Source: an uncultured Gemmatimonadales bacterium
GTDB lineage: Bacteria; Gemmatimonadota; Gemmatimonadetes; Gemmatimonadales; GWC2-71-9
Assembly (NCBI GenBank): GCA_963842945.1
Contig: CAWJIM010000023.1
Coordinates: forward strand, 224,001 to 288,000
Reading direction: 5' to 3'
Length of the DNA: 64,000 nt
Shown here: positions 50,827-61,421 of the stretch, in pieces
How positions within the stretch are numbered: position 1 is the first letter of the stretch
Layout of the letters: the number at the start of each line of letters is the position of its first letter
The notes under the pieces: generated by a model
Told to the model about the DNA's origin: nothing
Seen by the model: the letters and a program-made list of their open reading frames with translations, nothing else
Database searches by the model: none
Position numbers and translations under genes: made by a program

Positions 50827-51780
50827 GACCAGTATTTATCGGCGGCTGTGAGCGAAGCGGAACCACCATGCTCGGGGCCACGCTTGGGGGCCATTCCCGC
50901 TGCCTTTGCCTGCCCGAGAGTCAGTTCATGGACGATCTGCTCGCCCACGCCGATTCCGATGGTCGGATCGATCCGTTCGCGGCGCTCGGGCGGATCGCCG
51001 CCCACGAACGCTTCCGGTTGCTTTGGGACCTTCCGCTGGACCCGGCCGGAATCCAGCCCCCAGAGCTCGGGCACGACGTTGCCTGAACTGTGGACCTGGC
51101 TGGCGCGGGCATACGGGCGGAAAGCGGGAAAGCCTGCCGCGGACGTGTGGATCGATCACACCCCAACCAACTTCAGGCGGGTGCGCGGTCTGCTCCGAAT
51201 GTTCCCGGCAGCCCGTTTCATTCATCTGGTTCGCGATGGAAGGGCGGTAGCCGCTTCGTTGCTGCCGCTCGACTGGGGCCCCAACAACGCGCTTCACGCG
51301 GCCGAGTTCTGGATGGCCCGCTGTGCCCTTGGGCTGGCGGCAGAACTGGACCTGGGGCCCGATCGGATTCTGCGGGTCCGCTACGAGGACGTGCTGCAGG
51401 AGCCCGAGAGCAGCCTGCGCCGCATCGCAGGATTCATCGGACTGGATTATGAGCCAGAGATGGCTTCGGCGAACCCTTCCCGACCAACCCGATATCACGA
51501 GCGCCAACACCATTTGGTGGGACAGGCGCCGATTCGCTCGCGCGCTGCGGGATGGCAACAGGTCTTGAGCCGCCGCGAGGTCGAGATCTTCGAAGCGGAG
51601 ACGGGCGACTTTCTCGAAACTTTAGGATACCAGGCCAGGTATGGAGTACGGGCAATGCCCGCAACACGGGTCGAAGTGTTCCGGCTTCGGCTCAGCGATT
51701 TGGCGCGTCGAGCCCGGAACAACCTTTTGCGCCGCTGGCGGGTCAGGACGTCGTTGCCGCAGCGTCGCCCTGAGTCATGA
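50823..51780 (+). CDS. Sulfotransferase (frameshift near 51080)
   Basis: FIGGCERSGTT PAPS loop, FIHLVRDGRAVAAS, VRYED. Confidence 0.9.
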
Positions 51781-51827
51781 ATCTCCAGAATTGCTGCAAC
51801 GCAACATCCTAACGAGGACTCTCCCCA

Positions 51828-53988
51828 ATGCGAGCCGGTTTGACCCTGACCTTGTGCCTCATCGCTCAAGGCTGCGCCCGATCCCACGTCGGACCAGACC
51901 AGCGCCGGGGCTGCAGCCGTGGCCCCGGCCGAATTCAGCAGCGCCAATCCATTCGCCCAGCCCAGCGCCCTGGCCTATCAGGCCCCTGCATTCGATCGCA
52001 TCCGGAACGCGGATTATCAGCCCGCCATCGAGGAAGGCATGCGGCGGCAACGGGCAGAGCTCGATTCGATCGCCCGGCAGCAGGCATCCCCGACCTTCGA
52101 GAACACAATCGTGGCGCTGGAACGCACCGGCGAACTGCTCACCCGAGTTCTCAAGGTTTTCGGAGCAGTGGTGCAAGCCAACACGAATGACACGTTGCAG
52201 CGAGTGCAGACCGAGGAAGCTCCGAGATTGGCCGCACACTCCGACGCCCTGTACCTCGACTCCCGCCTGTTCCAACGGGTCCACAGCGTTTACCAGCGCC
52301 GGGCCTCGCTGAAATTGTCTACCGAGCAAAGCACGCTGGTGGAGCGTTATCACCGCAACTTCGTGCGGGCGGGCGCCCAGCTACCAGAAGCCGCCAAGAA
52401 CCGCCTGCGCCAGCTCAACCAGGAGGAGGCTCGGCTCTCCACCGATTTTCAGAACAAGCTGCTGGCCGCCACCAAGGCTGGGGCCCTGGTGCTGGACGAT
52501 CGGTCACAGCTCAAGGGGCTCAGTGAAGCTGAGGTCGCTGCATCCGCTGAGGCAGCCAAGGAGCGCGGACTCGCGGGCAAGTACCTCATCGTGCTGCAGA
52601 ACACCACCCAACAACCTGCGCTCGCGTCGCTCGCCGACCGCGGTGTCAGGCAGCGGCTTTTCGATGCATCCATTCATCGCGCCGATCGCGGCGATACTAA
52701 TGACACGCGCTCGATCGTCCGCCGGTTGGCTGCGCTACGCATCGAGCGGGCAAACTTGCTGGGCTTCCCCACGTTTGCCGGGTTCGCCCTGGATAATCAG
52801 ATGGCCAGGACTCCGGATGCAGCCATCGGTCTGGTCAGCCAATTGGTTCCTCCCGCCACCAGAAAGGCTCGCGCCGAGGCCGCAAAGATGCAGGCCCTCA
52901 TCGACCATCAGAACGGCGGCTTCCGGCTGGCTCCCTGGGACTGGCAGTACTACGCGGAGCGGGTGCGACAGGCCGAGTACAATGTCGATGAAGAGCAACT
53001 CAAGCCATATCTCTCGCTCGATCGGGTCCTGCAGGAGGGGGTCTTCTACGCGGCCACCCAGCTCTACGGAATCACCTTCAAGGAGCGCAAAGATCTGCCG
53101 GTGTACCATCCCGATGTCCGCGTCTTCGAGGTCTACGACCGGGATGGCAAATCGATGGCGTTGTTCTATGCCGACTATTTCAAGCGCGACAACAAGGGCG
53201 GGGGTGCCTGGATGGACACCTTCGTGGACCCCTCAGGACTGAAGGGTACCAAGCCGGTGGTCTACAACGTGGCCAATTTCACCAAGCCCGCTCCAGGGAT
53301 GCCGGCGCTCCTGACCTTCGACGATGTCACCACCATGTTTCATGAATTCGGGCACGCACTGCACGGGCTCTTCGCTCACGTCCAGTACCCGATCCTGCTG
53401 AATACCCCACGCGACTTCGTGGAGTTCCCCTCACAGTTCAACGAGCATTGGGCCTTGCAGCCGGAGGTCTTCGCCAAGTACGCCCGGCATTACCAGACGG
53501 GAGCGCCGATGCCTCAGGATCTGGTGGATCGGATCAAGAAGAGCCGCACCTTTAATCAGGGCTACGCCACCACCGAATACCTGGCAGCCGCTCTCCTGGA
53601 CCTGGCCTGGCACACGCTACCCAGCGGAACCCCGGAACAGGACGTCGAGAGCTTCGAACGCCAGGCGCTGGCGCGGTATCATGTCGACCTGCCCGAGGTG
53701 CCTCCCCGTTATCGCACGCCGTACTTTGCCCATATCTGGGGCGGCGGATACTCGGCATCTTACTACGCCTATCTCTGGAGCGAGGTCCTGGATCATGACG
53801 CCTACGCCTGGTTTATGGAGCGCGGCGGAATGACCCGGGAGAACGGCCAGCGTTACCGAGACATGATTCTCTCTCGCGGAAGCACTGAGGATGTCGGGAC
53901 GCTATACCGTGCCTTCAGAGGACGCGACCCGAGCATCGAACCGCTGCTCAAGGCGCGTGGGCTGGAAGAGACGCCAGACGAACAGTGA
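51828..53988 (+). CDS. dcp: Peptidyl-dipeptidase Dcp, family M3 (lipoprotein signal; frameshift near 51900)
   Basis: TFENTI, NTTQQP, PVYHPDV, GGAWM, FHEFGHALH, DFVEFPSQ, YYAYLWSE. Confidence 0.94.
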
Positions 53989-54010
53989 GCCTGTTGGAGG
54001 ACCGTTATAG

Positions 54011-54580
54011 ATGGGAAACCCGGTGGAAACGTCCGACGACGGAGAGATGACGAACGACTACGAGGTGCGCGGTTGGCTGGTTCGGCTGACCAACACTCGA
54101 CCCGACATCGATAGCCGTGAGGTTCTCGACCGCCTGGGCAAGGCACTCGACCTGATTGCCGTTCACGCACCGCGGCGATTTCGTCGGCTGCGGCAGGATA
54201 TACAGGGCTTCGTCGTCCGTCGCTTTCCCTGCCGCGGGGCATTCTTTCCACAAACCGGAGAGTGCCTGGTGGAGCTAACCTTTACGGTGAATCCCCGCCA
54301 CACGCTCGTGGAGATCGCCGCCTCCATCGTACACGAGGCCACCCATGCCCGGATTGCCGCCCGCTGTGGTCCGCTTCCCCAGTCCGATCGTGCCCGGGAA
54401 GAGCGGCTATGCCGGCAGGCCGAGCTGGAGTTCGGACTCGCGATGCCGGACGGCGCCACGGTGGTAGAACGAGCCCGACACGCCCTGAGCATGACCGACC
54501 GGGACGTCGCACCAGAGGTAGACTGGACGGAAGCCGCCCGCCGGGTAGCGGCGGCAGATGCGGAAGGCGGACCTGGCTAG
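54011..54580 (+). CDS. Hypothetical HEXXH (zincin-like) protein
   Basis: IAASIVHEATHARI followed by EERLC..AELEF. Confidence 0.7.
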   Translation: MGNPVETSDDGEMTNDYEVRGWLVRLTNTRPDIDSREVLDRLGKALDLIAVHAPRRFRRLRQDIQGFVVRRFPCRGAFFPQTGECLVELTFTVNPRHTLVEIAASIVHEATHARIAARCGPLPQSDRAREERLCRQAELEFGLAMPDGATVVERARHALSMTDRDVAPEVDWTEAARRVAAADAEGGPG

Positions 54581-56196
54581 TCGCTGAAGCTCACCGCCGC
54601 TTCAGGCTGGAGCCGGGATCCCCACCACAACCTGGCATGCTCGCGGCTCCACTCCTCCCCTACCTCGCACTCCGTCAGGAGATCGGCTAGTTCTCGCGCC
54701 GTCGCAGGCCGGTCCTCCGGCTGCTTGGCCAGGCAGGCAAGCACGATCTCATCCAGCCTCCGCGGGATGCTGAACAAACTGTAGAGCGAGGGCGGCTCAG
54801 GTGGGGTATGGATGTGCCGCGCCATCACCTGAACTGCGCCCTGTCCCTCGAACACATACCGTCCGGTGAGCATCCAGTAGGCCACACATCCGAGCGCATA
54901 GATGTCGGTCCGCTGGTCCACCGTCTCTCCCAGGGCACTTTCGGGTGACAGATACGCTGGTGTGCCGGACACCATGTTCGGCGCGGTGAGTCCAGCGTCC
55001 ACAGTCGCGTCGCCCACTGCGCTCTTGACCAGGCCGAAATCCAGCACCTTCACGAAGTCGTAGTAATGCCCCAGGCAGCAAACCTGAATGTTGGCCGGTT
55101 TGATGTCCCGATGAATCAGCCCACGCTCGTGGGCTTCGGCCAGGGACTCGCAGATCTGTTGCAGAATGTGAACGGTCCGGGCGGGGGGGAGCGGACCGTA
55201 CTCCTCTACCAGCGTTTGCAGATCCATTCCATTGAGCAGTTCCATCACGTAATAGAACGTGCCGTCCCCGGCTACCCCGAAGTCGTACAGCTGAATGGTG
55301 TGGGGGGAACGGAGATTCGCGGCAGCCCGAGCCTCGCGCCGAAACCGTTCCACCAGTACGTCGGCCTGGACCTTGGTTACTGCGGTCAGCACTTCAGGTT
55401 TGATCAGCTTGATGGCTGCCGGGCGGGCCAGGAAGCGATGAGTCGCTTCCCAGACCTCGCCCATGCCGCCTCGTCCGATCAGATCCTTCAGCACATAGCT
55501 TCCCATCTCCCGCGCCTTGCGCACCTCTCTACCCAGCCTGGTAATGATATGCGAGATGACCGGCGCTAACGCTGCACAGAGATAGTTCGGCACCGCCAGG
55601 ATGAATACCGCAGGTATGCTCGGGGTCTCGACTCCCTGTGCCCGCCAGAACATGGCCGCCAGCGGGTCCATCGAGGCGGCCGTCAGCGCGGCAAGAAGCG
55701 ACTTCCAGGGGGCGCTGGGGATGACCGAGGGGAAAAGAAGAATGATGACAGCTATCCAGGAGACCCCGGCTGGGGTTCCCACCGCGTAGTCCAGGAGTCC
55801 GATCGAAAGCGCGATGAGGACCTCGTACACCAGGGCGAGGTCGAGCAGAAATCGCGCGCTCCGCCTGCTCCGGCGAGTGTACCAGAAGAGCGCGATGGAC
55901 AGGAGGAAGGTCGCCCCCCCCACCAGATCGAACACCGGGACCCACTCGGCATGCCGGGCCAGCTGCTCGTCTTGCAGCGTACCGGGCATGGGGTGGAGGA
56001 AGTGTACCAGCAGGAAGTTGGCGGCCCAGAGCGCAGCGGTGGCGAGACAGACGATCGCCAGCCGGTGAGCCGCTTCGTTGAGAAGGTCGTCAGGAAGCGT
56101 CGACCGGCCGGTGGAAACCCCCACGCTGGGAGGGTCTCCGGTATTCGTACTGAGCAGCCGCGAATCGGGAGCTGGAAGTCGGGCGGCGGGCGTCAT
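54577..56196 (-). CDS. Membrane Hanks-type Ser/Thr protein kinase
   Basis: About six N-terminal TM segments; GRGGMGEV, AIK, HRDIKPAN, DFGLVK, GTPAYLSPE. Confidence 0.95.
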   Translation of the reverse strand: MTPAARLPAPDSRLLSTNTGDPPSVGVSTGRSTLPDDLLNEAAHRLAIVCLATAALWAANFLLVHFLHPMPGTLQDEQLARHAEWVPVFDLVGGATFLLSIALFWYTRRSRRSARFLLDLALVYEVLIALSIGLLDYAVGTPAGVSWIAVIILLFPSVIPSAPWKSLLAALTAASMDPLAAMFWRAQGVETPSIPAVFILAVPNYLCAALAPVISHIITRLGREVRKAREMGSYVLKDLIGRGGMGEVWEATHRFLARPAAIKLIKPEVLTAVTKVQADVLVERFRREARAAANLRSPHTIQLYDFGVAGDGTFYYVMELLNGMDLQTLVEEYGPLPPARTVHILQQICESLAEAHERGLIHRDIKPANIQVCCLGHYYDFVKVLDFGLVKSAVGDATVDAGLTAPNMVSGTPAYLSPESALGETVDQRTDIYALGCVAYWMLTGRYVFEGQGAVQVMARHIHTPPEPPSLYSLFSIPRRLDEIVLACLAKQPEDRPATARELADLLTECEVGEEWSREHARLWWGSRLQPEAAVSFSD

Positions 56197-56266
56197 ATCC
56201 GGAAGTAAGGGTCTTCAGAAAGGCTAGACTCTCACCGTCGGGATTGCCAGCCCGCAACCAAGATCC

Positions 56267-56746
56267 TTAGAGAGGAGGTCGGCCTCCGGGTGGCGGGCCA
56301 CCCGGGTCAAGAGGACCTTCTCCAGGCGGTGGCCCGGGCGGGCGCGGGTGCTTCCGCCGGATCTCCTCCGCCTTCTTCCGTTGCTCCGGTGTAAGCACCG
56401 AGTCGAGCTGTCGTCGAGTGCGGCTGATGATCGAGTCCAGCTGGGGCTGGACTTGGTGCCGAATGGTCCGCAGCTCGCGGCCCCGGCGTTCCATGATCGA
56501 ATCGATTCGCGTCTGTTGCTCGGCGCTGAGGCCAAGCTCGCGAGCAAACCGATTTCGGAACTCGCGATCCCGCGGTCCGTGCGGCCCTGGTCCATGCTCG
56601 AACCGATGTCCCTCGAATTTCCGGGGCAGCAACACCCGGCGATCGATGGCAACTCCCGCCAGTCCCCCTGCCACGGCCACCAGCAGGAGTACCAGGACCG
56701 CGAGCAGTCTTCCACCCGGGCGCCACGGTGAGGGGGGGTTGGTCAT
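56267..56746 (-). CDS. Periplasmic Spy/CpxP/heavy-metal-sensor-like protein
   Basis: TM anchor, ELGLSAEQQ..I and VLTPEQ (LTXXQ) motifs. Confidence 0.8.
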   Translation of the reverse strand: MTNPPSPWRPGGRLLAVLVLLLVAVAGGLAGVAIDRRVLLPRKFEGHRFEHGPGPHGPRDREFRNRFARELGLSAEQQTRIDSIMERRGRELRTIRHQVQPQLDSIISRTRRQLDSVLTPEQRKKAEEIRRKHPRPPGPPPGEGPLDPGGPPPGGRPPL

Positions 56747-57153
56747 TGAGCGACCGCCTGTTCGAAGAGCCAGTCACCGCTCTCCGGCGCCACCACGTGA
56801 GCCGACAGCTGACCTGCGTCCGACTCCTCTGAGTAGGCCGCGGCAAGGAGTGTGCTGTCCGCCAGGGTTTCCGTGGCGTAATCGGTAAAGCGTGAGACCT
56901 CCTCGGCCGCAGGCAGAATCAAGCCGGCGGCCAAGGAAGCCGCGAGGCCGAGCGGAATTGCGACCGGCATCCATCGAGTGACCCACTCCCACCAGTGGTG
57001 GCTGGGCGAGCGCAGGGCATTCAACTGCGGAGTGGCTGAGGCAAGGATTCGCTGATGCAGGTCGGCATCGTCCTGCCGGGAGACCCGCTCCAGCTTCCGC
57101 AGGGCATCACCCAGCTCAGGGTCTCGCCGGGGCTCTTGGAAAAGCCACTTCAT
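56743..57153 (-). CDS. Putative anti-sigma factor
   Basis: Single TM protein coupled directly downstream of ECF sigma. Confidence 0.65.
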   Translation of the reverse strand: MKWLFQEPRRDPELGDALRKLERVSRQDDADLHQRILASATPQLNALRSPSHHWWEWVTRWMPVAIPLGLAASLAAGLILPAAEEVSRFTDYATETLADSTLLAAAYSEESDAGQLSAHVVAPESGDWLFEQAVAQ

Positions 57154-57728
57154 TCAACCCACCCTTTTAGCGCCTCTCGCAGCGTACGCCGAGCCTGGTG
57201 GAGGTGCCACCGAATCGTTACCTGACTCACATTCAGCATGCCCGCAATCTCCTCGGTTGAGCGCCCGTCGATTTCGAATAGTGTCACGATCAATCGTTGC
57301 CGGTCAGGCAGGGATTCCAGGGCCTCGCTCAAAGAGCTTCGGAGCTCGGAGCGTTCCGCCTCCCGGTCCGGCCTGGTCCCGCCGGGGATGGCCTCAGGGT
57401 CGTGAGACTCGGTCCGGCGTACCAACTGCTTGCGGTGCTGGTCGCGCCCCAAATTGACCAGCAGGCGAGTGAACCAGGGTTCGAACGACCGAGAGGGGTC
57501 GAAGGTACCGATGCGTTCGAGGGCTCTCAAGAACGCGTCCTGCACCAGATCGTCGGCGTCGTCGGGATCCTGCATCAGGCGCTTCGCAATCAGGCGCGCC
57601 CGGGGTAGATGCCGCCTTACCAGCAGATCGAAGGCCGACCGGTCGCCCGCCTGGACTCGGACGATCAGACCGCGTTCGTCGTTGACGTCGGTGGCCTTAG
57701 GCAGGGCGACCGCCAACACCTGTTCCAT
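57150..57728 (-). CDS. ECF RNA polymerase sigma factor
   Basis: GDRSAFDLLV, DADDLVQDAF, SFEPWF, LPDRQR, EEIA.ML.VS..TIRWHL. Confidence 0.94.
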   Translation of the reverse strand: MEQVLAVALPKATDVNDERGLIVRVQAGDRSAFDLLVRRHLPRARLIAKRLMQDPDDADDLVQDAFLRALERIGTFDPSRSFEPWFTRLLVNLGRDQHRKQLVRRTESHDPEAIPGGTRPDREAERSELRSSLSEALESLPDRQRLIVTLFEIDGRSTEEIAGMLNVSQVTIRWHLHQARRTLREALKGWVE

Positions 57729-57832
57729 GTTCAGGCCGCTCTCCCGGCCCAGGCGAACCTAGCGATGACAATCTCCTGGTCCAGGCGGCCACAGGCCCGG
57801 GTTGGGGTGGTTCAGGCGCGCTCAACTCCATA

Positions 57833-57895
57833 TACGGGTGCCACTCATGGGTGTTGGGCAGAGTCCCGCCCAACGTTCGGCGTCCCCGCCGCGTA
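57833..57895. promoter_or_regulatory. Two back-to-back ECF-type promoters
   Basis: Minus: GCCCAAC(57859-57853)-N16-CGTA(57836-57833); plus: GCCCAAC(57868-57874)-N17-CGTA(57892-57895). Confidence 0.7.
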
Positions 57896-57989
57896 AACCT
57901 CCCTGAAGTCGAAATGAGCAGTCCATGACCTTCAGTTTGCCCCGGCCCGAAAAGCCCAGCAACTGGAGGAACCTCAACTGGAGTCCGAC

Positions 57990-58559
57990 ATGTCTCGCCC
58001 TTCATCTACCGCCCCCTCCGCCCCGCAGCGTCTGGCCCGGGTGCTGGCCACCCTCCCCCTGTTGCTTGGTCTCAGCGCCGGAGTGGCCCAGGCTCAGGGT
58101 GGCTCCGATCCCGCGGGCGACCATGCACATCCGCCTCATCAGCATATGCAGCGTTCGGCTGCCCTGGACGGCCCTCCCGCGCCGGCCGTCCTGCGAGATT
58201 CCATTCAGCTGAGTGGCAAGGCGCTACAGCAGTATACCCAGCGGTATGAGAGCCACATGTCGGGAACCAAAGCCAGCCGCGACAGCCTCCGGGCCGGCAT
58301 GCAGGTCGTCCGCTCGGCACTCGAGAAGGGGGACCGTTCCGAAGCTCAATCCCGGCGGGAAGGGCTGGAGAAGCAATGGAAACAACTGGCCGATCAAGAC
58401 AACAAGTTCGAGGCCGGTCTCAAGGACATCCTGACGAAGGACCAGCAAACCCGTTACCAGCAGTTGCAGGAGAATCGGAAACAGCAAGCGCGGGACCAGT
58501 GGCGGCATCATCATGGCGACTATCGCCCGCCGGCTGACTCGTCCGCACAGACCAGGTGA
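57990..58559 (+). CDS. Secreted Spy/CpxP-like helical protein with His-rich segments
   Basis: Signal ending AQA, DHAHPPHQH, ILTKDQQ (LTXXQ), RHHHG. Confidence 0.72.
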   Translation: MSRPSSTAPSAPQRLARVLATLPLLLGLSAGVAQAQGGSDPAGDHAHPPHQHMQRSAALDGPPAPAVLRDSIQLSGKALQQYTQRYESHMSGTKASRDSLRAGMQVVRSALEKGDRSEAQSRREGLEKQWKQLADQDNKFEAGLKDILTKDQQTRYQQLQENRKQQARDQWRHHHGDYRPPADSSAQTR

Positions 58560-59302
58560 GCGAGACAATGGATCTCGATGACATTCCAGTTGGCCGGGTT
58601 GTGACCCGAAGGGAGGCCCTGGCATTTCTCGGAGCCACCGGAGCCCTCCTGTTCTTTGGCTGCTCAGATTCAACAGCCAGCAGCAACGGCAGTGACGGCA
58701 ACTCGTCCTGCCTGGTGCGGCCGGAGCTGACCGAGGGGCCCTACTATGTTGACGAGGAGCTGAACCGGTCTGACATCCGAAGCGACCCCAGCACGGGAGT
58801 GGTGAAGGCCGGAGCGCTGCTGGCCCTCACCTTTAACGTCACCAGAGCCACATCGTCCGCCTGTGAGCCGCTGGCGAATGCCATTGTCGATGTATGGCAC
58901 TGCGACGCGCTTGGCGTCTACTCGGATGTCAGCGATCCCGGGTTCAATACCGCTGGCCAGAAGTTCCTCCGGGGCTACCAGGTGACCGGCGCCGATGGGG
59001 CCGCACAATTCACAACGATCTACCCGGGCTGGTATCAGGGTCGAGCGGTGCACATCCACTTCAAGATTCGATCTTCGACTTCAGCGGCGGCAGCTTACGA
59101 ATTCATCTCGCAGCTGTTCTTCGACGACGCGCTCACCGATCAGGTGCATGCCCAGCAGCCCTACGCAGCCAAGGGCCAGAGGAATCTGAGGAATTCGGGG
59201 GATGGGATTTACAATCAGGGTGGATCACAGCTGGTCCTCAACGTAACTCCGACCGGCGATGGCTACGCCGCGACGTTCGACATCGCGCTGGATAATGCCT
59301 AG
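58556..59302 (+). CDS. Intradiol ring-cleavage dioxygenase-like protein, Tat/lipoprotein signal
   Basis: TRREALAFLG..FFGC; TEGPYY, DVWHCDALGVYS, IYPGWY.GRAVHIHFK. Confidence 0.9.
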   Translation: MSETMDLDDIPVGRVVTRREALAFLGATGALLFFGCSDSTASSNGSDGNSSCLVRPELTEGPYYVDEELNRSDIRSDPSTGVVKAGALLALTFNVTRATSSACEPLANAIVDVWHCDALGVYSDVSDPGFNTAGQKFLRGYQVTGADGAAQFTTIYPGWYQGRAVHIHFKIRSSTSAAAAYEFISQLFFDDALTDQVHAQQPYAAKGQRNLRNSGDGIYNQGGSQLVLNVTPTGDGYAATFDIALDNA

Positions 59303-59315
59303 GACAAAGCCAAAC

Positions 59316-59335
59316 GCCCCGCCGACAGGCGGGGC
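59316..59335. terminator. Intrinsic terminator between convergent genes
   Basis: GCCCCGCC-GACA-GGCGGGGC stem with short T runs either side. Confidence 0.65.
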
Positions 59336-59422
59336 TTCACGTCTCTGGCGTCAACGCCCGGCAGCCTCGGTTCCCCCTGCTGATGCGCCTCGACGAACCA
59401 CAGCCACTTGTCGACCATCGAA

Positions 59423-60187
59423 TCAACTCCTGCTGGTTATGGATCTCTCTTCACCTCGCCTCAGCACCAGGTGCTCGGGAGAGGAGAGTCCCCGGTCTAC
59501 TTCGAAACCAAGGTCCCTCAACTGCACTCGGACGCGGTCAGTCCCATCGGGCCCAATCACCCGATCGTGCAGCTCGAGTACGATTTTGGTGACCGTGGGC
59601 AGCTCAGCCCCGTCGAAGAGCTCGCGCTCAGCCCCCTCGGCGTCGATGACGAGGAGTGTGGGCCGAACCTTGTCCACCAGATAATTCAGCGCCTTCCCGG
59701 GAACCTCCACCGGCTGCACCCCGGCTCTGCGCCGCACTACCGAGGATGAGATCAGGTGTTTGTCTCGATACAACGTTACCCGACCCGCTCGGGAGCCCAC
59801 TGCACACATCTCCAGCGTAGGCTCAACCCCGTTCAAGAGATAGGTCTCGCGAATACAGGGCTCCAGCTCGGGATCCGCTTCCGCCGCAAAGACACGAGGG
59901 GACCCGATTCGCTGGGCGCAGTAGGTCGAGACCAGACCCAAACCAGCGCCTACCTCCAGGACCACATCGGTGGGGGATAGAACAGCTCCAATCAGCCGGA
60001 GCTCTTCTTGCTCGTAGCTGCCCTTGGAGAGCGCCTGTTCGACCCGCCGTGACATGTGACGTCCCAGCCGGATACGAACCCCTTCAACGGTGAGGATGGG
60101 GCGGCGGCTTACGCGGTATTGGTAGGCCAGCCAGGTGGAAAGCTTCCGGAGGGTTCTCCGGCTCCAGGAGCGGGAATGGGTCGGCAT
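59423..60187 (-). CDS. FkbM-family SAM methyltransferase
   Basis: YEQEE, VLEVGAGLG, AEADP, LVIDAEGAE, VLELH. Confidence 0.88.
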   Translation of the reverse strand: MPTHSRSWSRRTLRKLSTWLAYQYRVSRRPILTVEGVRIRLGRHMSRRVEQALSKGSYEQEELRLIGAVLSPTDVVLEVGAGLGLVSTYCAQRIGSPRVFAAEADPELEPCIRETYLLNGVEPTLEMCAVGSRAGRVTLYRDKHLISSSVVRRRAGVQPVEVPGKALNYLVDKVRPTLLVIDAEGAERELFDGAELPTVTKIVLELHDRVIGPDGTDRVRVQLRDLGFEVDRGLSSPEHLVLRRGEERSITSRS

Positions 60188-60623
60188 TGCAACCGATCAA
60201 TTTAGCCCGTCTTTTCTGCCGGTCGACCTTGATGGGATCAGGCAGCCCTCCGGTGCGGTATCCACACCAGGGGGAGCAGCGGGCGGACAATCCGTGGGAT
60301 CAGCAGCGCCGGCAGCTGACGTGAGGCCTCGAAATCCTCGATGCCCTCCCGCTCCTCCTCGGGTACATCGGTCCATCCGTTATAATCGCAGCTGAACACT
60401 TGTCGCTCCACTTCCTTGCCTGGCAGTGATACCAATCAACCTACCCCGCTGCCGCCCACGTACTCGGACCGAAACCGGGCACCTGGTGGCGCTTTCCCGC
60501 CCCAGGATAATCCGGCCCCCTGCGCCAAGATGTGTTGACACGGAGTGAAGAGATTGCATCCTTGGAAGCACCGTCCGCCCGCGACGGGGTAATCCATCCA
60601 ACTATCCTTTTTCGGAATCTCCT

Positions 60624-60833
60624 ATGTCAGATCATGTGTACAAGACGATCGAACTGGTGGGATCCTCGAGCAGAGGCATGGAAGACGCGGTTCAGAAGGC
60701 GGTGGGAAAAGCAGCCGAGACAGTTCGTAACCTTCGGTGGTTCGAGGTTCTGGATACGCGCGGTCACATCGAAGGGGCTCGCGTGGCCCATTGGCAGGTC
60801 ACGCTCAAGATCGGCTTCACGCTCGAGGAATGA
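60624..60833 (+). CDS. Dodecin (flavin-binding)
   Basis: [32 protein letters not shown]. Confidence 0.96.
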   Translation: MSDHVYKTIELVGSSSRGMEDAVQKAVGKAAETVRNLRWFEVLDTRGHIEGARVAHWQVTLKIGFTLEE

Positions 60834-60876
60834 TCGAACCCAATCAGCCGGCGGACCGGAGACGAGCTTGCACCCG

Positions 60877-61365
60877 ATGATGAGCGAGGAGATCCGCATC
60901 CGGCGTGGCGCCTCTGAGGACGCCTCCGATCTGGCGCGCCTGCGGTACGCCTTTAGAACCGAGCTCGACCCGGCGGCGGAAAGCGAAACTGCCTTCCTCG
61001 CGCGTTGCACCCCGTGGATGGATGATCGGCTTCGCCCCGGCAGCACCTGGTGCTGCTGGGTTGCTCTATTGGGCCCGTCCATCGTCGGAACTGTCTGGCT
61101 GCAGCGGATCGAAAAGCTTCCCAATCCCGTGGGTCACTCTGGCTTTCACGGTTATGTGAGCAGTGTGTACGTCGTGCCCCGACTCAGAAATGCCGGTATC
61201 GGCTCGGCGCTCCTTGCTGCCTGCGTCACCGAGGCCGAGACTCAGGGGCTCGACGCCCTGTTTCTCTGGCCCACGGATCGCAGCCGTCCGCTGTATGAGC
61301 GGCATGGGTTTGTAGCTCGAGATGACCTGCTGGAGAGGAGGTCCGAAGCTCGAACGACACCTTGA
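60877..61365 (+). CDS. GNAT-family N-acetyltransferase
   Basis: YVSSVYVVP.LRNAGIGSALL, LYERHGF. Confidence 0.9.
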   Translation: MMSEEIRIRRGASEDASDLARLRYAFRTELDPAAESETAFLARCTPWMDDRLRPGSTWCCWVALLGPSIVGTVWLQRIEKLPNPVGHSGFHGYVSSVYVVPRLRNAGIGSALLAACVTEAETQGLDALFLWPTDRSRPLYERHGFVARDDLLERRSEARTTP

Positions 61366-61421
61366 CGTCGATCGCAAGCTGCTGATGTTCGGCAATCTTG
61401 CGATCAAGTAGAGCCAGGATG

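Noticed and set aside
56150..56196. Heptamer periodicity at the kinase N-terminus (PAARLPAPDSRL)
   Set aside because: Degenerate and only one arm visible; insufficient to count as a fourth hairpin element.
60238..60601. Small minus-strand ORFs, TGA recoding or ncRNA between fkbM and dodecin
   Set aside because: No recognisable motif, SD, SECIS-like hairpin or RNA family signature.
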